From Scyliorhinus canicula (lineage: Eukaryota): a DNA stretch of 64,000 nt. The notes beneath the pieces were generated by a model, which saw only the letters and a list, made by a program, of their open reading frames with translations, had not been told where the DNA came from and made no database searches. How positions within the stretch are numbered: the stretch's first letter is position 1; each line of letters starts with the position of its first letter. The DNA is taken from assembly GCF_902713615.1 (NCBI RefSeq), contig NC_052154.1:189199353-189263352 (forward strand), written 5' to 3'. Made by a program: the position numbers and the translations under genes. Below, piece after piece: positions 36,551 to 50,365 of this stretch.

Positions 36551-38068
36551 CCATAGAATCCATATGGGTGGAAATAACAAGGGGAAGAAGACACTGGTGG
36601 GAGTAGTCTATAAGCCGCGAACAGTAGTTATACTGCAGGACAGAGAATAAATCAAGGGATAATGAGGGCATGTAAAAAAGGCTGCACATTAATCATTGTT
36701 GAATTTAATCTTCATGTGGATTGGGAAAATCAAATTAGGAGAGGTAGCCATGAGGAAGAATTCAGAGTATATTTGGGACAGTTTTCTAGAAGGGTCTGTT
36801 GTGGATCAAACCTGTTTGTTGCGGATCAGGCTGTTTTGAATCAGGAAATATGTAATGAGGCTGGTTTAATGAAAAATCTCAGACTAAAATATCCCCTAAG
36901 CAACAGTAACCATAACATGGTAAAATTTAGCATTCAGTTTGGGAGTGAGAAACTTGGGACAGAAACAACTGCCCTAAACAGAAATAGGATTCATTACAAA
37001 GGAAAGAGGGCAGAGTTGGCTGGAGTGGACTGGGAAAGGAGTTTTGAAGAAAAGACTGTTGATCAGCAATGGTAGACTTTTATGAAAATAATAATAATAT
37101 TTATTATTTTTGTAAGTAGGCTTATATTAACACTGCAGTGAAGTTATTGTGAAAATCCCCTAGTCGCCACCCTCTGGCGCCTGTTCGGGTTCACAGAGGG
37201 AGAACTCAGAAAATCCAATTCACCTAACAAGCACATCTTTCGGAACTTGCGGGAGGAAACCGGACCTCACAACAAAGATATTTCCCAATGAGAAAACAGG
37301 ATTTGAGGAAGGGGAAAAATCAACTATAGTTAACCAAGGAAGTGAACAATAGTATTAAACTGAAAGAAAAAACATATAATGTGGCAAAGGTGAGCCAGAG
37401 GAATGGGAATGCTTTAAAATCCAAGAACAGATGATTGAAAAATAATAAGGAGGAAGAAGATAAACTTTGAGGGTAAAGTAGCAAGCAAAGAAAAGCAGAG
37501 AGTAAGAGCTTCTTTAAATAGATAAAAAGGAAGAGAGAGGCCAAAGTGTCATAGCTCCCTTTGAGAATGAGATTGTGGAAATAATAATGGTGAACGAAGA
37601 AATGTCAGAGGAGTTAAATAAATACTTGATGTTAATATTCACGGTAGAAGACTCTAATGGCATTCCAAATACATTAAAGAAACAAGGGGCAAAGGTGGAG
37701 GTGGGGGGGGGGGGGGGGGGCGGTGCTGGGAAGAGGAGAAAATAAACATAATACCCAATACAAGATTTCAAAAAGTATCAGGAAACTAATCTCAGAGTAA
37801 AGGGTGATCCATTTAAGACAGCGATGAGGAGGAAGTTCTTCTCTCAGAGGGTAGTGAATCTGTGGAATTCTTTACCCCAGAGAGCTGTAGAGGCTGGGCC
37901 GTTATGTTCAAGGCTGAGAGAGACAGGTTTCTAATCAGTGAGGGAATCAAGGGTTATGTGAATAATGCGGGAAAGTGGAGTTGAGGATTATATCAGAGCA
38001 GCCATGATCTCATTGAATGGCGGAGCAGACTCGATGGGTCGAATGGCTTACTTTTTCTCCGACGTCTT
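36550..38068 (+). mobile_element. CR1-type LINE fragments with nested SINE (about 37088-37263)
   Basis: Endonuclease-like EFNLHVDW...LSNSNHNM, and a CR1-type 3' end GAATGGCGGAGCAGACTCGATGGG. Confidence 0.7.
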
Positions 38069-38867
38069 ATGTCAGAAGCATATAGGAGCAGGGGAAATGC
38101 CGCTGCCCAATAAACCACAATTTTACTCTCAAATCCACATGGCCCGAGGGTACACATATCGATCTGCATAAGAAAGTGTAAATGTATTTCTCTGCATCAA
38201 GATATTTAGCATGTTGCTTTTTTTTTTTCTTCACCTTCCCTCCACTCCAGAGGGCACAAACATCCATGGGCTCAGTTCCAAGGATGCTAGAAGTCCTCAG
38301 ATAATCTGATTACAATGGCCAAGACATTAAGTGATTCAGCGACAGACAGAACATGTACAATATCTTGCTCAAACAGGTGCACATTCAAACAAGGGTAACT
38401 TGAGAACAAGCAGCAATAGGGAACTTGGCTGACTTCCTAATCCAATGGTGCTGAAACCAATTAGAATACTGTAATTAGTACACAAACAAAACCAGACACC
38501 TTCTAATCTGCATATGTCTGTACATGTAGGGTGGTGCTTTTACACATGAGTATGTTAAGTGACCATTATTAAGATTCTTGATGATGACTCACATTAAAGG
38601 TCAATGAGCATACAGATTATAAACAAACTATGTAGGTTCAGAATCTCCTCTAACTGGGCTTTATTAAATATGAAAAAAAAAACAACACTAGGGACACACA
38701 TACTGTAAATAAATGCTCAGCACAAATACACAGAGGCAAGCTATACTGCAAAGAGTTAATTTCAAACATTCCAACATTGAAGCAGAACTGATACTATTAC
38801 AGGACTAAAAATGTGACATCATCACAACAGTGGCACAAGATAGCGGCCATCAGATAACCCAATTAAG

Positions 38868-40150
38868 ACCATAAGATATAGGAGCAGAATTGCACCATTC
38901 AGCCCATCGAGTCTGCTCCGCCATTCGATCATGGCTGATATGTTCCTCATCCCCATTCTTCTGCCTTCTCCCAATAACCCTTGATCCCCTTATTAATCAA
39001 GAACACCAGATTTGTGCTTGACGTGCTGTTACCTACAGACCAAGAGCTGGAAGGTGGAATTAGACAGAATAGTTCTTTCTTAGAACATAAGAATTAGGAG
39101 CAGGAATTAGCCTCTTAAGGCTGATCCAACGTTGAATACGATCATGGTTGATCTCATCATGGCCTTAAACTACCATCCTGCCCGTTCTCCGTAACCCTTC
39201 AACCCATTAATAATAAAAAATCTGTCTCACTCCTCCTTAAATTTACTCGCTGTCTCAGCATCCACCGTACTCTGAGATAGCAAATTCCACAGATTCACAA
39301 CCCTTTTGGAGAAGTAGTTTCTCCTGATCCGTTTTAAATTTTCTACCTTTTATCCTGAGACTGTGATCTCTCGTTCTAGAATACCCCACAAGAAGAAGCA
39401 TCTGCTCCACGTCTACTTTATGCACACCTTCTATCATCTTACATACCTCAATTTAATCTCTTCTAAACTGTAGAGAATATAGGCCTAAACTGCGGAACAT
39501 CTCTTCGAAGGACAATCCCTCATCTCCGGAATCAATCTACTGAACCTCCTCTGAACTGCCTCCGATGCCACTACATCGTTCCTCAAATATGTACTGTGTA
39601 CAATACTCCAGGTGTGGTGTCAGTGTCTTCCTGACCAACACTTCCTTATCTTTATATTCTATTCCTTTAGCTATAAATGCCAACATTCCATTCACTTTCT
39701 TTATTACCAGCTGTACCTGCACACCTATTTTTCTGCTACCCATGCACTAGGACACCCAAATCCCTCTGCCCAGAGAACCCTGAAGTCTCTCCCCGTTTAG
39801 ATAATAAGTTGCCTTTGCATTTTTCTATCCAAAATGCATGACCTCACAGTTATCCACATTAAACTCCATCTGTCACATTTTGGTCCACTCTCCTAACCCA
39901 TCTACAGCCATTAGTAAGGTTCTTATTTCCTCTTTACAACTTCATGTGCTACATATTTTAGTGTTATCTGCAGATTTAGCAATAGAACCTTCTATCCCGG
40001 TATCAAAGTTGTTAATATAGATTGTAAATAGTTGGGGCTAAAGGAGCGAACCCTGTGGCACTCCACCAGATACATCTTGCCTTCCAGAAAAAGACCCGTT
40101 TATCCCGACCCTCTGTGTTCTGTCCATTAGCCAGTCTTCTCGCGAAGCTA
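38868..40150 (-). mobile_element. CR1-type LINE 3' fragments
   Basis: KKVNGMLAFIAKGIEY...PHLEYC, AKSADNTK and VDNCEVMHF remnants; two stacked 3' tails. Confidence 0.8.
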
Positions 40151-40668
40151 ATAAGCTGAGGACAACAGCTATCACACTAACAGCATTCAGAATGGTTGAG
40201 GAAGGAGAGGAACTTGTACATGCAGATCAACTTTGGGGCCAGAGATACTTCACTTCAATGGAGTCTATTGTTTTTGGTTATGGTGCTGAATGAGTCTGTT
40301 TGGATGTAAAAAGATTGAAAGTTGCTAATCACTGACTATCCAGCAGGGTGGCTTCGGCAAATGTGTCTATGATATTCCAATAAGAATCATCATAAAAAAG
40401 TCAAGATTGAAGGGCCTGGCGCTGGAGTATAGGAGAGGGGTCAGGAACGGTCAACCTGGCTTGCAGGCCCACAAATCATGCTGAAAGCATCAACCTTGTG
40501 GGGGATTGTATGTTTTCAGCCAAATCTGGGGAGTATTGGGAATGAGGATTTTGAAGTAACTTAAGGGTGACAACCAAATCCTGGGGGTATTTGGGTTTGA
40601 ATTGAGAAAGGTTTGGGCAGAAACCTGGCATTTGTGCTGATGGTTTTTAAATAGAGGCTTTCCAATAA

Positions 40669-41011
40669 ATCATAGAATCATAGAATTTACAGTACAGAAG
40701 GAGGCCATTCAGCCCATCAGCCCTTGGAGAGAGCACCCTACTGAAGCCCCATGTCTCCACCCTGCTCCTGTTATCCCCGTAACCTAATAACCCCACCTAA
40801 CTTTTTTGGACACCAAGGGAATTTAGCATGGCCAATCCATCTAACCTGCACAGCTTTGGACTGAAAGAGGAAACCGGAGCACCTGGAGGAAACCCACGCA
40901 GACACGGGGAGAACGTGCAGACTCCGCACAGACAGTGACCCAAGCCGGGAATCAAACCTGGGACATTGGAGCTGTGAAGCAACAGTACTAACCACTGTGC
41001 TACCATACTGT
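40669..41011 (-). mobile_element. HE1/V-SINE-type SINE
   Basis: Full head, core and (CATAGAAT) tail; reverse complement of 4970-5316. Confidence 0.85.
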
Positions 41012-41892
41012 CCACAATTATGGTGACTTGTGCTTGTGTGGAAGCCAAAGTTAAATTGTGGAAGGATTTAAATTAAAGTAACTAATTAGGTATAGTGTAT
41101 TATCAAATACACCAGTTTAGTGCTCTTTGTATTCGGGCATTAGGAGTTTTCAATAAACAAGAGGCTTGAGGTTGAGCCAAACCGTGTCTGTGATTTTATC
41201 CTTTCTAAAATCCTAAAGTCAAGAACCCTCCATAAGAATATACAGGAGTACGGACGTCTTACACGCATAATAAATCTGGAAAACGAGGGGATTTTCAGAG
41301 TAACTTCATTGCGGTGTTAATGTAAGCCTACTTGTGACACTAATAAAGATTATTATTAACAGTTAGGCTGGAAGAGCAAAATATAGGAACAGTCAATAGA
41401 CCTCTTGAGGTGGCAAATAATTGTAGCCGAGTATCCTTAGCAAATTAAGTGGAAACTAGTCCATTGACTATCCAAATGATGTCACCTAGGAGTAACAAAT
41501 AAAAATGATCAAAGCTCGGCAGATGGGATTATTGTGCAGGCAAATTTCAATAAATCATTTCAATGTATTCTTTATGATTGGTTTTGAGTGGAACCAGAAG
41601 AGCGGCATGCCACAGAAGTAGACTGTAGAGACACATTTGGTGAAGGAAAGAATGTTTGAAGATGCCAAACACATCAGAAAAGTCACTAACAGTGGAAAAT
41701 GGTGAACACTTATTGTTGTACAGCACGTCTTGTGACTTTGACCACAGCTTCGGATGGCATGAAAACAACATTAGCATTCTCTGAGATAAGTCGCGTTGGG
41801 AAGTATTTCAGGCAAATCTGAAATTGTAAAAAATAGCATCTATTGTAAAATCCATGCATCATTAATACTTGTTAAAAGGTTATTCAACTTTA

Positions 41893-42110
41893 GGGGCAGC
41901 GCGGTGGCGCAGTGGGTAGTACTGCTGCCTCACGACGTCAAGGTCCCAGGTTCAATCCCGGCTCTGAAGTTTGCACATTCTCCCCGTGTTTGCGTGGATT
42001 TCGCCCCCAAAAATGCAAAGATATGCACGGAAGGTGGATTGGGCATGCTAATTTGCCCCTTAATTGGAAAAGAATGGGGTATTGCAAATTTAACATTTTT
42101 TTAAAAAAAA
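41893..42110 (+). mobile_element. Short V-SINE variant with A/T-rich tail and TSD
   Basis: GGGGCAGCGCGGTGGCGCAGTGG head, flanked by GTTATTCAACTT direct repeat. Confidence 0.8.
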
Positions 42111-43063
42111 GTTATTCAACTTCTTCTGTAATGAGGAACAAACTAGCTCATGTATACAGTAATGGCAGCAAAATATACCTATTATGAATGGTTTCCAGAC
42201 ATGTAAAATTCAATACACGTACTGCTCACAAAATGAAACAAGATTGATTTTTATGCAAATACATTTTTTCCTGTTGCATGTGGGAGACTTGGCACATTCT
42301 CTGAGCACTAATTGCAAACTTATGATGCTGCACTTCCAGAGTTGGTGCCTGTACAATTTTCAATCAGGAGGCCTCACTATTCGATCATCATGCTTTACAT
42401 TTTGGAAAATTCCAAATAAATCAATAAAAAGAGCGCTCTCTTTTTTTCAAAAGACCTATTTTCCCGGCTTATTTCGACTTTGCTGGCTAATCGCAATAAA
42501 TCATTGCACATCAAGTTTTTCAAATTTAATTTGGTAAATATCAAGTGTAGTTTGAATGAGTGCGAGATGGGTAGGCAATTTGAAAAACACTATTCCCGAG
42601 AACGGAACCAGACTTGGCCACCGCACATCAGAATAAAACACTGGACTTAAAATAGAGCAAACCCAGTTTATGAGCTCGCTAATCTGCTCTACGTGATTTA
42701 ATTATCACAAGCTTGTTGAATCGTTTCTATTTTCCAGAAGTCTGTCTTGTGGATTTTAATGACAGTTTGCCAATTTAGTGCTACAATATTGTTCATATAG
42801 ATCAGTAATTTTTTTTGACACCATGGAGACAGGACAATAAAGTACAGTAGATGTGGAAAGTTTAACCATGATGGGGCAGGTCATTTAGCGTCTTCCAGTT
42901 TATATTTCTTATTACTTGGAGTTTGTGATATGGGCAGAGACTGGAGCTGGGATGAATGGTCACGTACCTTAGGAGTGATTTTTGCAACTAACAAAAAGAT
43001 TCTTTCATTTTGTATTGGATTTTAGTTTCTGACGGGTGAAAGGGTGGTGCAATAATTTTTTTT

Positions 43064-43286
43064 TTGTTTTTTAAATTTAGAGTACCCAATTATTTTTTCC
43101 AATTAAGGGGCAATTTAGCGTGGCCAATCCACCTGTCCTGCACATCTTTGGGTTGTGGGGGTGAAATCCACGCAGACACGGGGAGGATGTGCAAACTCCA
43201 CACGAACAGTGACCCAGGGCCGGGATTCGAACTCGGGTCCTCAGCGCCGTAGGCACCAATGCTAACCACTGTGCCACCGTGCTGCT
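43064..43286 (-). mobile_element. Short V-SINE variant with poly(A) tail and TSD
   Basis: Flanked by GGGTGGTGCAATAAT direct repeat; poly(T) on the plus strand. Confidence 0.82.
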
Positions 43287-43879
43287 CTGGGTGGTGCAAT
43301 AATGGATTTTTAAAAAAATCATTCTCCTCCTCACCAAAATTAACTCTACAAATCATACTAATTGTGCTGTATGTTAATTGCATCTGGCAGTCTCATTGTC
43401 AGAAGTGATGTCATTATAGAGAATAGGGACGGGGGAGGCCGTTCGGCCCTTCGAGCCTGCTCTGCCATTCATTATGATCTTGTCTAATCATCCAATTCAA
43501 TAGCTTCATCCACCTCCCCCCCGCCCCATATCCTTTGATCCTATTTCTAGTTCTCTGTCTAACCACTTCTTGAAAACATACCATGATTTGGCCTCAACTA
43601 CTTTCTGTGGTAACAAATTTCATAGGTTCACTACTCTCTGGGTGAAGAAATCTCTCCTCAGCTCTGTCCTAAATGGTCTATCCCATATCAAACTGTGACC
43701 CCTAGTTCTGGACACCCCAACCCTACAAGGGCAGGTCAGAGACTAGGAAACCCCCGAGACAAACAACTCACCTCCTGCCTCCTCAAAACCTGTCCGCTAC
43801 CTAGTCAGCACAAGTCAGATGTATGATGAGGATGAGAGCATCATTACTTGAAAAGATAGGCTAGGATTGACCAGCTTTA

Positions 43880-44200
43880 ATAATAATAATAATAATAATC
43901 TTTATTGTCACACGTAGGCTTACATTAATACTGCAGGGAAGTTACTGTGAAAATCCCCTCGTCTCCACACTCCGGCGCCTGTTCGGGTACACAGAGGGAG
44001 AATTTAGAATGTCCAATTCACCTAACAGCACGCCTTTTCTTGGGGATTTGTGGGAAGAAACCGGAGCACCCGGCGGAAACCCACACAGACACTGGGAGTA
44101 CGTGCAGACTCCACACAGACAGTGACCGAAGTTGTGAATCGAACCTGGGACCCTGGAGCTGGGAAGCAACAGTGCTAATCACTATGCTACCTTGTTGCCC
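43880..44200 (-). mobile_element. V-SINE-type SINE with (ATT)n tail
   Basis: Same family as 24365-24659. Confidence 0.8.
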
Positions 44201-46587
44201 TTGTCCTGACCTTTTTCCGCTGTAACAGAAATAAAACTTAATTCAAAAGCTTAATTCTTCTTAAGTGTGATTTAATGGCCAGAACTTGCTGGCTTTGGGC
44301 CTGGCATGTGTTCTTTGTTTTTCCCGCTAACTTCAGCTAAAAAACAAGCTGCAACCCAATTTGCTGAAAGTGCGAATTGGTGACAGCGTGGCAAGTCTTT
44401 TTAAATCCCATTTGTTGAGGAAAGAAAGATTGATATCTAAAGAGGAATGACTCGGGTGGTAAATTAAAGTGGACAAATTAGAATCAAATCAAGTAAAGTG
44501 ATGGAATGTAAAAGTGATGATGATTGATAAAGCGAAAAGACAGAAGAGAAAGAAAATGCCACTTTTGGGTGGGTGCAAATGCCAACAATTGACTACCTGT
44601 AGTAACGAGACCCAATGTTTAAATTGTTCACTTCCTGGACAATAGTAGTTGATTAGTCATTAACAATGTCATTTAAAGGGTACTTGCCCTATGACTAGAG
44701 TTTGCACTAAACTTAAATGAAAAGAGGGCAAATCGAAAACGCCTTTAAAAAAAATAGCATAGCTGTGGTCTGTTGGTGAAAAGTAAATGGTGGAGTGGGA
44801 TAAATCAGCTAGCAAGTTTTAGAGATTCACAACTCATGATGTACCTCCATCTCCTCAGCCTGCTGGCTGATATGCTTTAATGTGCAATGATCTCACCCTT
44901 TTTCCAGAAAATTTTGGCCCAATATGACAGCAAAGCTGGATATGCATAAATTTGTGAACCAGCTTTCAAACGGAAGAATTAAATTAAAATACTCGCATTT
45001 ATTAGAAATAGAAACTTTAATTTGAATAATTAAAAGTACATGCGATTTACAAGTCAACAAAATACCTCTCGGAATTTAGGCCAAATACATTTCTATACAG
45101 AAAATAAAAACACCTTAGCTATTGGCAAAATAGAAAGTGTAAAAGCAGACTTGTATCAACATACATGAACATATGTACCTGTTAGGTGACCATATTTTAA
45201 GTTTTATATTAGTTTCATCTGTACAGTCAATAACAAGCATTCAAAAGGTTGTGTTCATAAAGATCCCTTGAAATGTACAAAAACCATTGCAAATGACGAA
45301 TAAAATTTAAAGTGTGCAATACTGCATGCATCAAGTTCTGCTTTATTCTACTTATATAGTTTGCTTGTTCAATTTACTCAAGTGTAAAACATTGCTAACA
45401 ATTTTACCAATTGTGGTGCTTTTAATTGAAAACCCAATTTGTAGAAATTTTAACAAAACAGAAACAGAAAAGCCAGCCTAACTTGTCAGATGCTGAACCT
45501 CCTACGTATTAAGTTTTTAAAAAATACCTTTTGAGGCCAACATGCATCTCCTGAATTTCGGATTTCATTTCCAGAGTTCGTGTTTTGAAGTGTTTCCCCC
45601 CCCCCCCCCCCAACCATTCAATGAGACTGTCTGGGCTGCAGAATGTGCAAGCACCCACCTGTAAAACAGACTTGTACAATGGGACAGTGCCCATGAAGAA
45701 TGAGCGGTGAGGCAGCACCTCCACAGTAGAATTAAGATAAATCACTTCAACTTTGTCACTTCACCACAAAGGCTCAAGATGGAATCAATCCATTGTTTTT
45801 TCCAATCGATACAATGACAAAAGTACTTACAAATTTTTAAAAAACTAAAGATTATCTGTTGAGGAAGTTGATGGAATGGTACAGAACAAAGCATAGGCCC
45901 AAAACGTCAAGGTACAGATCAGCCACAATCTATTTCAATATTAGAACATGGAGGGAGGGAGTGGTCTACTCCGACATAAAAATGCCCCAAGGAATGTCCA
46001 CAGAATTAGTTACTTGAGTTCTTTACTGGCTTTTGTTAATGCCATAAATTGCTTCAAAACAACAAAGAGGTGCAGAAAAAAATAAACCATTTCAAAAAAG
46101 GGCAAATTAATTAATTTGCACAATTTCTGAACGTCAAAAGAAAATCTTAACCATGCCGAGAACAGCATTCTCTGAATTCCATGCAAACAAAATTAAGAGC
46201 AAGTTAACATTATTGTCACAGTGAGGAGACATTCAGGTTTGGTGTCAATGTTTGCAGAAGGTCTCATCTCAATTATTAGGCCGCCAAATATTATTGTCTT
46301 GGGGTATGGAGGAAAGAAGGTCTCAGACCATTCAGATTAACACAGTAACTTGAAATCTCCCTCGTTTCCTACCCTGACAACAAGCATTTCACATTCCTAC
46401 ATTCCAGATGTGTATTAACGTTTCATCTCTCTCAAACAGGGCAGAAATAATTCCTTGCATCAAGATATATCAATAAAAATGATGCGGAACTGGGTTACGC
46501 AGTGGATTAAACCTTCCCTTTTACTTCTGCAACAAAGTCCAAAGGAGTGGGTGGAAGTGATTGGTGCCCGTCTTCTATAAAGGGTCT

Positions 46588-46783
46588 TGATGAGGAGATG
46601 CCAGCGTTGGACTGGGGTGAGCACAGTAAGAAGTCTTATGACACCAGGTTAAAGTCCAACAGGTTTGTTTCAAACACTAGCTTTCGGAGCACTGCTCCTT
46701 CACCTGAGGAAGGAGCAGTGCTTCGAAAGCTAGTTTGAAACAAACCTGTTGGACTTTAACCTGGTGTTGTAAGACTTCTTACT
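46588..46783. mobile_element. Penelope-type palindromic element with hammerhead motif, copy 2
   Basis: Near-perfect inverted arms (about 46625-46700 and 46710-46783). Direct repeat CTATAAAGGGTCTTG at 46575-46589 and 46782-46796. CTGAGGA...GAAA core. Confidence 0.8.
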
Positions 46784-46945
46784 ATAAAGGGTCTTGTGCA
46801 AGATCTAGTCGAACAATTAGGTTAAAATAGGTCCCTCCAAATTATTGATTGCTGAATAGTAAGGAACTTAGAAAGCACAAATAATATTCCCAGCCATTAT
46901 CAAAACTAATTTATTCCTTCATCATTCTAATAGTAGTCTATTAAT

Positions 46946-47173
46946 TTAAAAAAATAAATAATTTAGAGTACCCAATTCATTTTTTCCAATTAAGGGGCAA
47001 TTTAGCGTGGCCAATCCACCTACCCTGCACATCTTTGGGCTGTGGGAGTGAGACAAACGCAAACACGGGGAGAATGTGCAAACACCACACGGACAGTGAC
47101 TCGGGGCCGGGATCGAACCTGGCACCTCAGTGCGTGAGGCAACAATGCTAACCATTGTGCCACCGTGCTGCCC
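46946..47173 (-). mobile_element. Short V-SINE variant
   Basis: Same family as 43064-43286. Confidence 0.8.
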
Positions 47174-48171
47174 AACAGTGATCTATTAAGTCAGCACCTG
47201 GCAGAGATTGAACCTGTAAGCACTCAACCACCACAGATATCTGCAAATTCAGAACTAAAAAAAGTGTTGCCATTAAAAGATTTGTCTTGAACTGTGATTT
47301 TTTTTTTTTTTTTTAAAAGCACTTTGAACAACCATAATCAAATCCAATGAGAATATAATATTTCACAATTGTTATTTTCCATTAGAATTCTATAAAAGAC
47401 CACAATATATAGTACGAAGCTGTACAATTCAGATGTAAAGTGGAAAAAAGATGCATTTCTATTCAGAACAATTCAGTTACATTTTAGGATAGCTATGTAA
47501 AATAGGTGTTAGAAAAACTATAAATGTGTAAACTTTGCTAACATTGTGCTAATGTTAGTTACAAAAAAGACCATCCTGTTCCTTTATTTGAAATGTTAAA
47601 CCATTAAAACACAGCTAGGAAACACATTCTCATTTTATTCAATAATTACTTCCTTTTTAAATACTCCATATACACTGGGAAATTCTTCTCAAAACTTTGA
47701 ATTCAGCTAATACATTTAAACACCAGTGGTCATTTTCACATGCAGCGCTAGGAACTGACGGAATTTTTCTTCCCCGCTATTTCCAGACAAGAGCATTCAC
47801 ACACCTTCGATGGTTAGATGTCAAATAACTTTCAGATGTGCCACTGAAATGCCACATGTAAAATATGCAGCCAAGGGTCACATGGGTGACACAAGACTGA
47901 GCAAATGGATATATAACCTGGTATCAAGTCAAATGTCATTTGGATCCTTTACAAAATTGGTCAAAGTGACAGGAGAATATTCAATACAAATGAATCTAAA
48001 ATTGATCATTTCCACAGACTTGAAAGGACATTCCGACTTGAAAAACTCAAAAGATCCAATTCTCCATTTTGAAGAATAATTCGTGCAGGACACCGCAGCA
48101 TCACTGCAGGATCAACATAGGGACAAAGAGTAAATACGCACACAAAAAGCCAAAGGTTGTAAATATATCAG

Positions 48172-48344
48172 TCATATATCAGGCGGCCGTAACAGAGGAG
48201 TTCGTTCTCCATATGTTGTGTTTCTCCTCCTCCTCCAGTTATCGTATGGACAGGGTGGAAAAGGTAATCTGTTTCTTTCCAAAATAAACTGCAATGATAC
48301 ACCACTAACAAACAGCATGGCCCATATTGACGTCAGGATGAGAT
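48172..48344 (-). CDS. TM7SF3: TM7SF3-like terminal coding exon with stop codon
   Basis: (D)LILTSIWAMLFVSGVSLQFILERNRLPFPPCPYDNWRRRRNTTYGERTPLLRPPDI*. CAG acceptor. The frame is continuous over all seven exons. Confidence 0.9.
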
Positions 48345-48748
48345 CTGGAGAAGAAATAATTAAAACTTAAACATCAACATAGTTTAACAACCACCGGTGG
48401 AGTTCATAATACGGACAAAAATGCATAAGCAAAAGTGTGCTTGCTTAAGCAATTAGCCAAATATAAAAATACATCATCCTATTATCGTTCATGTAACTAC
48501 TGCACCAAACTCTTCTCAGCAAAGTTACATTGCAACGATCAACAGCATGCTCAGAATTTAAAATACCAGAAAATACTGACACCACTTATTCATTTATGGA
48601 AGTAAGCAGACTTCAGCCAATTGAACATGATCTAAATAACTAATCCTAGTTAAAAAAGAGGCAATTAATTTGCATTCATATTTTACCCAAACAGAAGCAT
48701 ACTCATTTGTTCTTCAACCCCAAGACAATGGTTTCACGCAATACCTAC

Positions 48749-48911
48749 CTGTACGTTGGAAAGGAGCATCACTTTCCACCTTTGCAAAATCTGGGTGTAT
48801 TGCTCGTTTGATGACATTTAGAATTATGTATGTCAGGCTGGTGTAGACATATACGCCAATAGCAATAATTACAGAATAAGAGCCCACCAGTGCACACGTG
48901 ATGATGTTCAA
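48749..48911 (-). CDS. TM7SF3: TM7SF3-like penultimate exon (163 bp)
   Basis: LNIITCALVGSYSVIIAIGVYVYTSLTYIILNVIKRAIHPDFAKVESDAPFQRT. TAG acceptor, GTAGGT donor. Confidence 0.92.
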
Positions 48912-50234
48912 CTATTTAAAAAAAAACATAACACTATTAAAAGCAATATATGTAATACTTATTCTGTAAAATATACAGTCTTGGTACCATTAATGTTTCT
49001 GAAATCAATGATCATGCACGTGCTGACTACATATGAAGGAGTAACAGAAGCACCTTCTAGGTTTCAGACAAGGCAGGAAAAATCCTACTATTTATTGGTT
49101 GATGATTGTGCACATTAGGCAAATTGTGACTCCAATCAACAGTTTGTACAACAACACCAATCAAGAAGGAAAATGTAAAAGCACTGAATTTTAGAACATC
49201 TTGGACATCCTCAAGACACATGGCAGGCAATGTTGAAACACAATCACGGTTTTGCAGGCAGATGCAACAGCCAGTTTGAATGCAGAGGTCTCGAAGATTG
49301 CCATGTGATAATATGACCAGTTAATAGGCCCAGTGTTTGCTGGACTGGGGCACCTCAACAGTTAGGACGATTTCCCTCAACCTCCAGCTCACGGGGCATC
49401 TGTAAGATTAGTGAATAACCCGATCCACTACCACCACCACCACCCTCAAGAGGCAATTTCCTTAACAAATTAGAGTTAAGGATTGAGAAAGTGACGGGAA
49501 CAGACGAGGGTCAAACCAGGTAGCAAAAGAAATATAAAAAGGGGCGAATGAGAAAGAACTAGGGAAATAATAAGAGCTAGGAATGTTTTTAAATCCTCTA
49601 ACAATTTAGTACCCATACAAATGAGGCTCCACAGTCTTAAATTGCCCAGTTTCTGGGCAGAAAGGCCGATTGTCATTGCAGGAACACAAATATCTCGTCA
49701 AAATATACTTTCACGATTAATGATCCTAATGTTTTGCAGCGCGTTTATAGAATTTACAGTAGAGAAGGAGGCCATTCAGCGCATAGAGTCTGCACTGACT
49801 CTTGGAAAGAGCACCCTACTTAACCCACACCTCCACCCTATCCCCACAACCCATTAACCCAGCTAAATTGAGATAAAATTTTTAATTGAGATGAATGCAC
49901 AAATACAGCAATTACAGCATGCTGGTTCAGGTGACTGCCCTTGCAGTACTGTGGACTGTTGGACATCAACCCAAAGAGGCACCGGGCTCACTTTAATGCA
50001 TTGGAAGTGCTTTTGCATTTTAGTGAACATTACAAAAAGAAAGAGGCAGACTTTATACTTAATATTTATAGAAAATGACAGAAGTTGGATCCATGTCTGA
50101 TTGAGCGAGGAGAAAAATTGGAAAAGGGCACCTTATGGTGACCCCTCCCCCGGCCCAGGAAGTGTTTATTCCACTGCTGGCGCAGAAAACGTACTCCTAT
50201 ACTAAACATCACAATTTGAAAAGTCGGTACTTAC

Positions 50235-50332
50235 TGCCCTTGGACGAAGAATCAGAATCGTGGGGACGACCAGCATCACACAGCAAAAAATAATCCAGAA
50301 GTTGACGTCATTACGAAATATCGTACAATTTG
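50235..50332 (-). CDS. TM7SF3: TM7SF3-like exon (98 bp)
   Basis: (A)NCTIFRNDVNFWIIFCCVMLVVPTILILRPRA. CAG acceptor, GTAAGT donor, phase 1-0. Confidence 0.87.
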
Positions 50333-50365
50333 CTGTTTGGAAAAAATAGAAAAAGGTCACTAACC

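Larger units (their letters stand above)
44990..48171 (-). other. Possible TM7SF3-like 3'UTR with alternative poly(A) signals
   Basis: AT-rich sequence downstream of the stop. Minus-strand AATAAA at 47634-47639, 47583-47588, 46910-46915, 45342-45347 and 44998-45003. The true 3' end is unknown. Confidence 0.35.
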
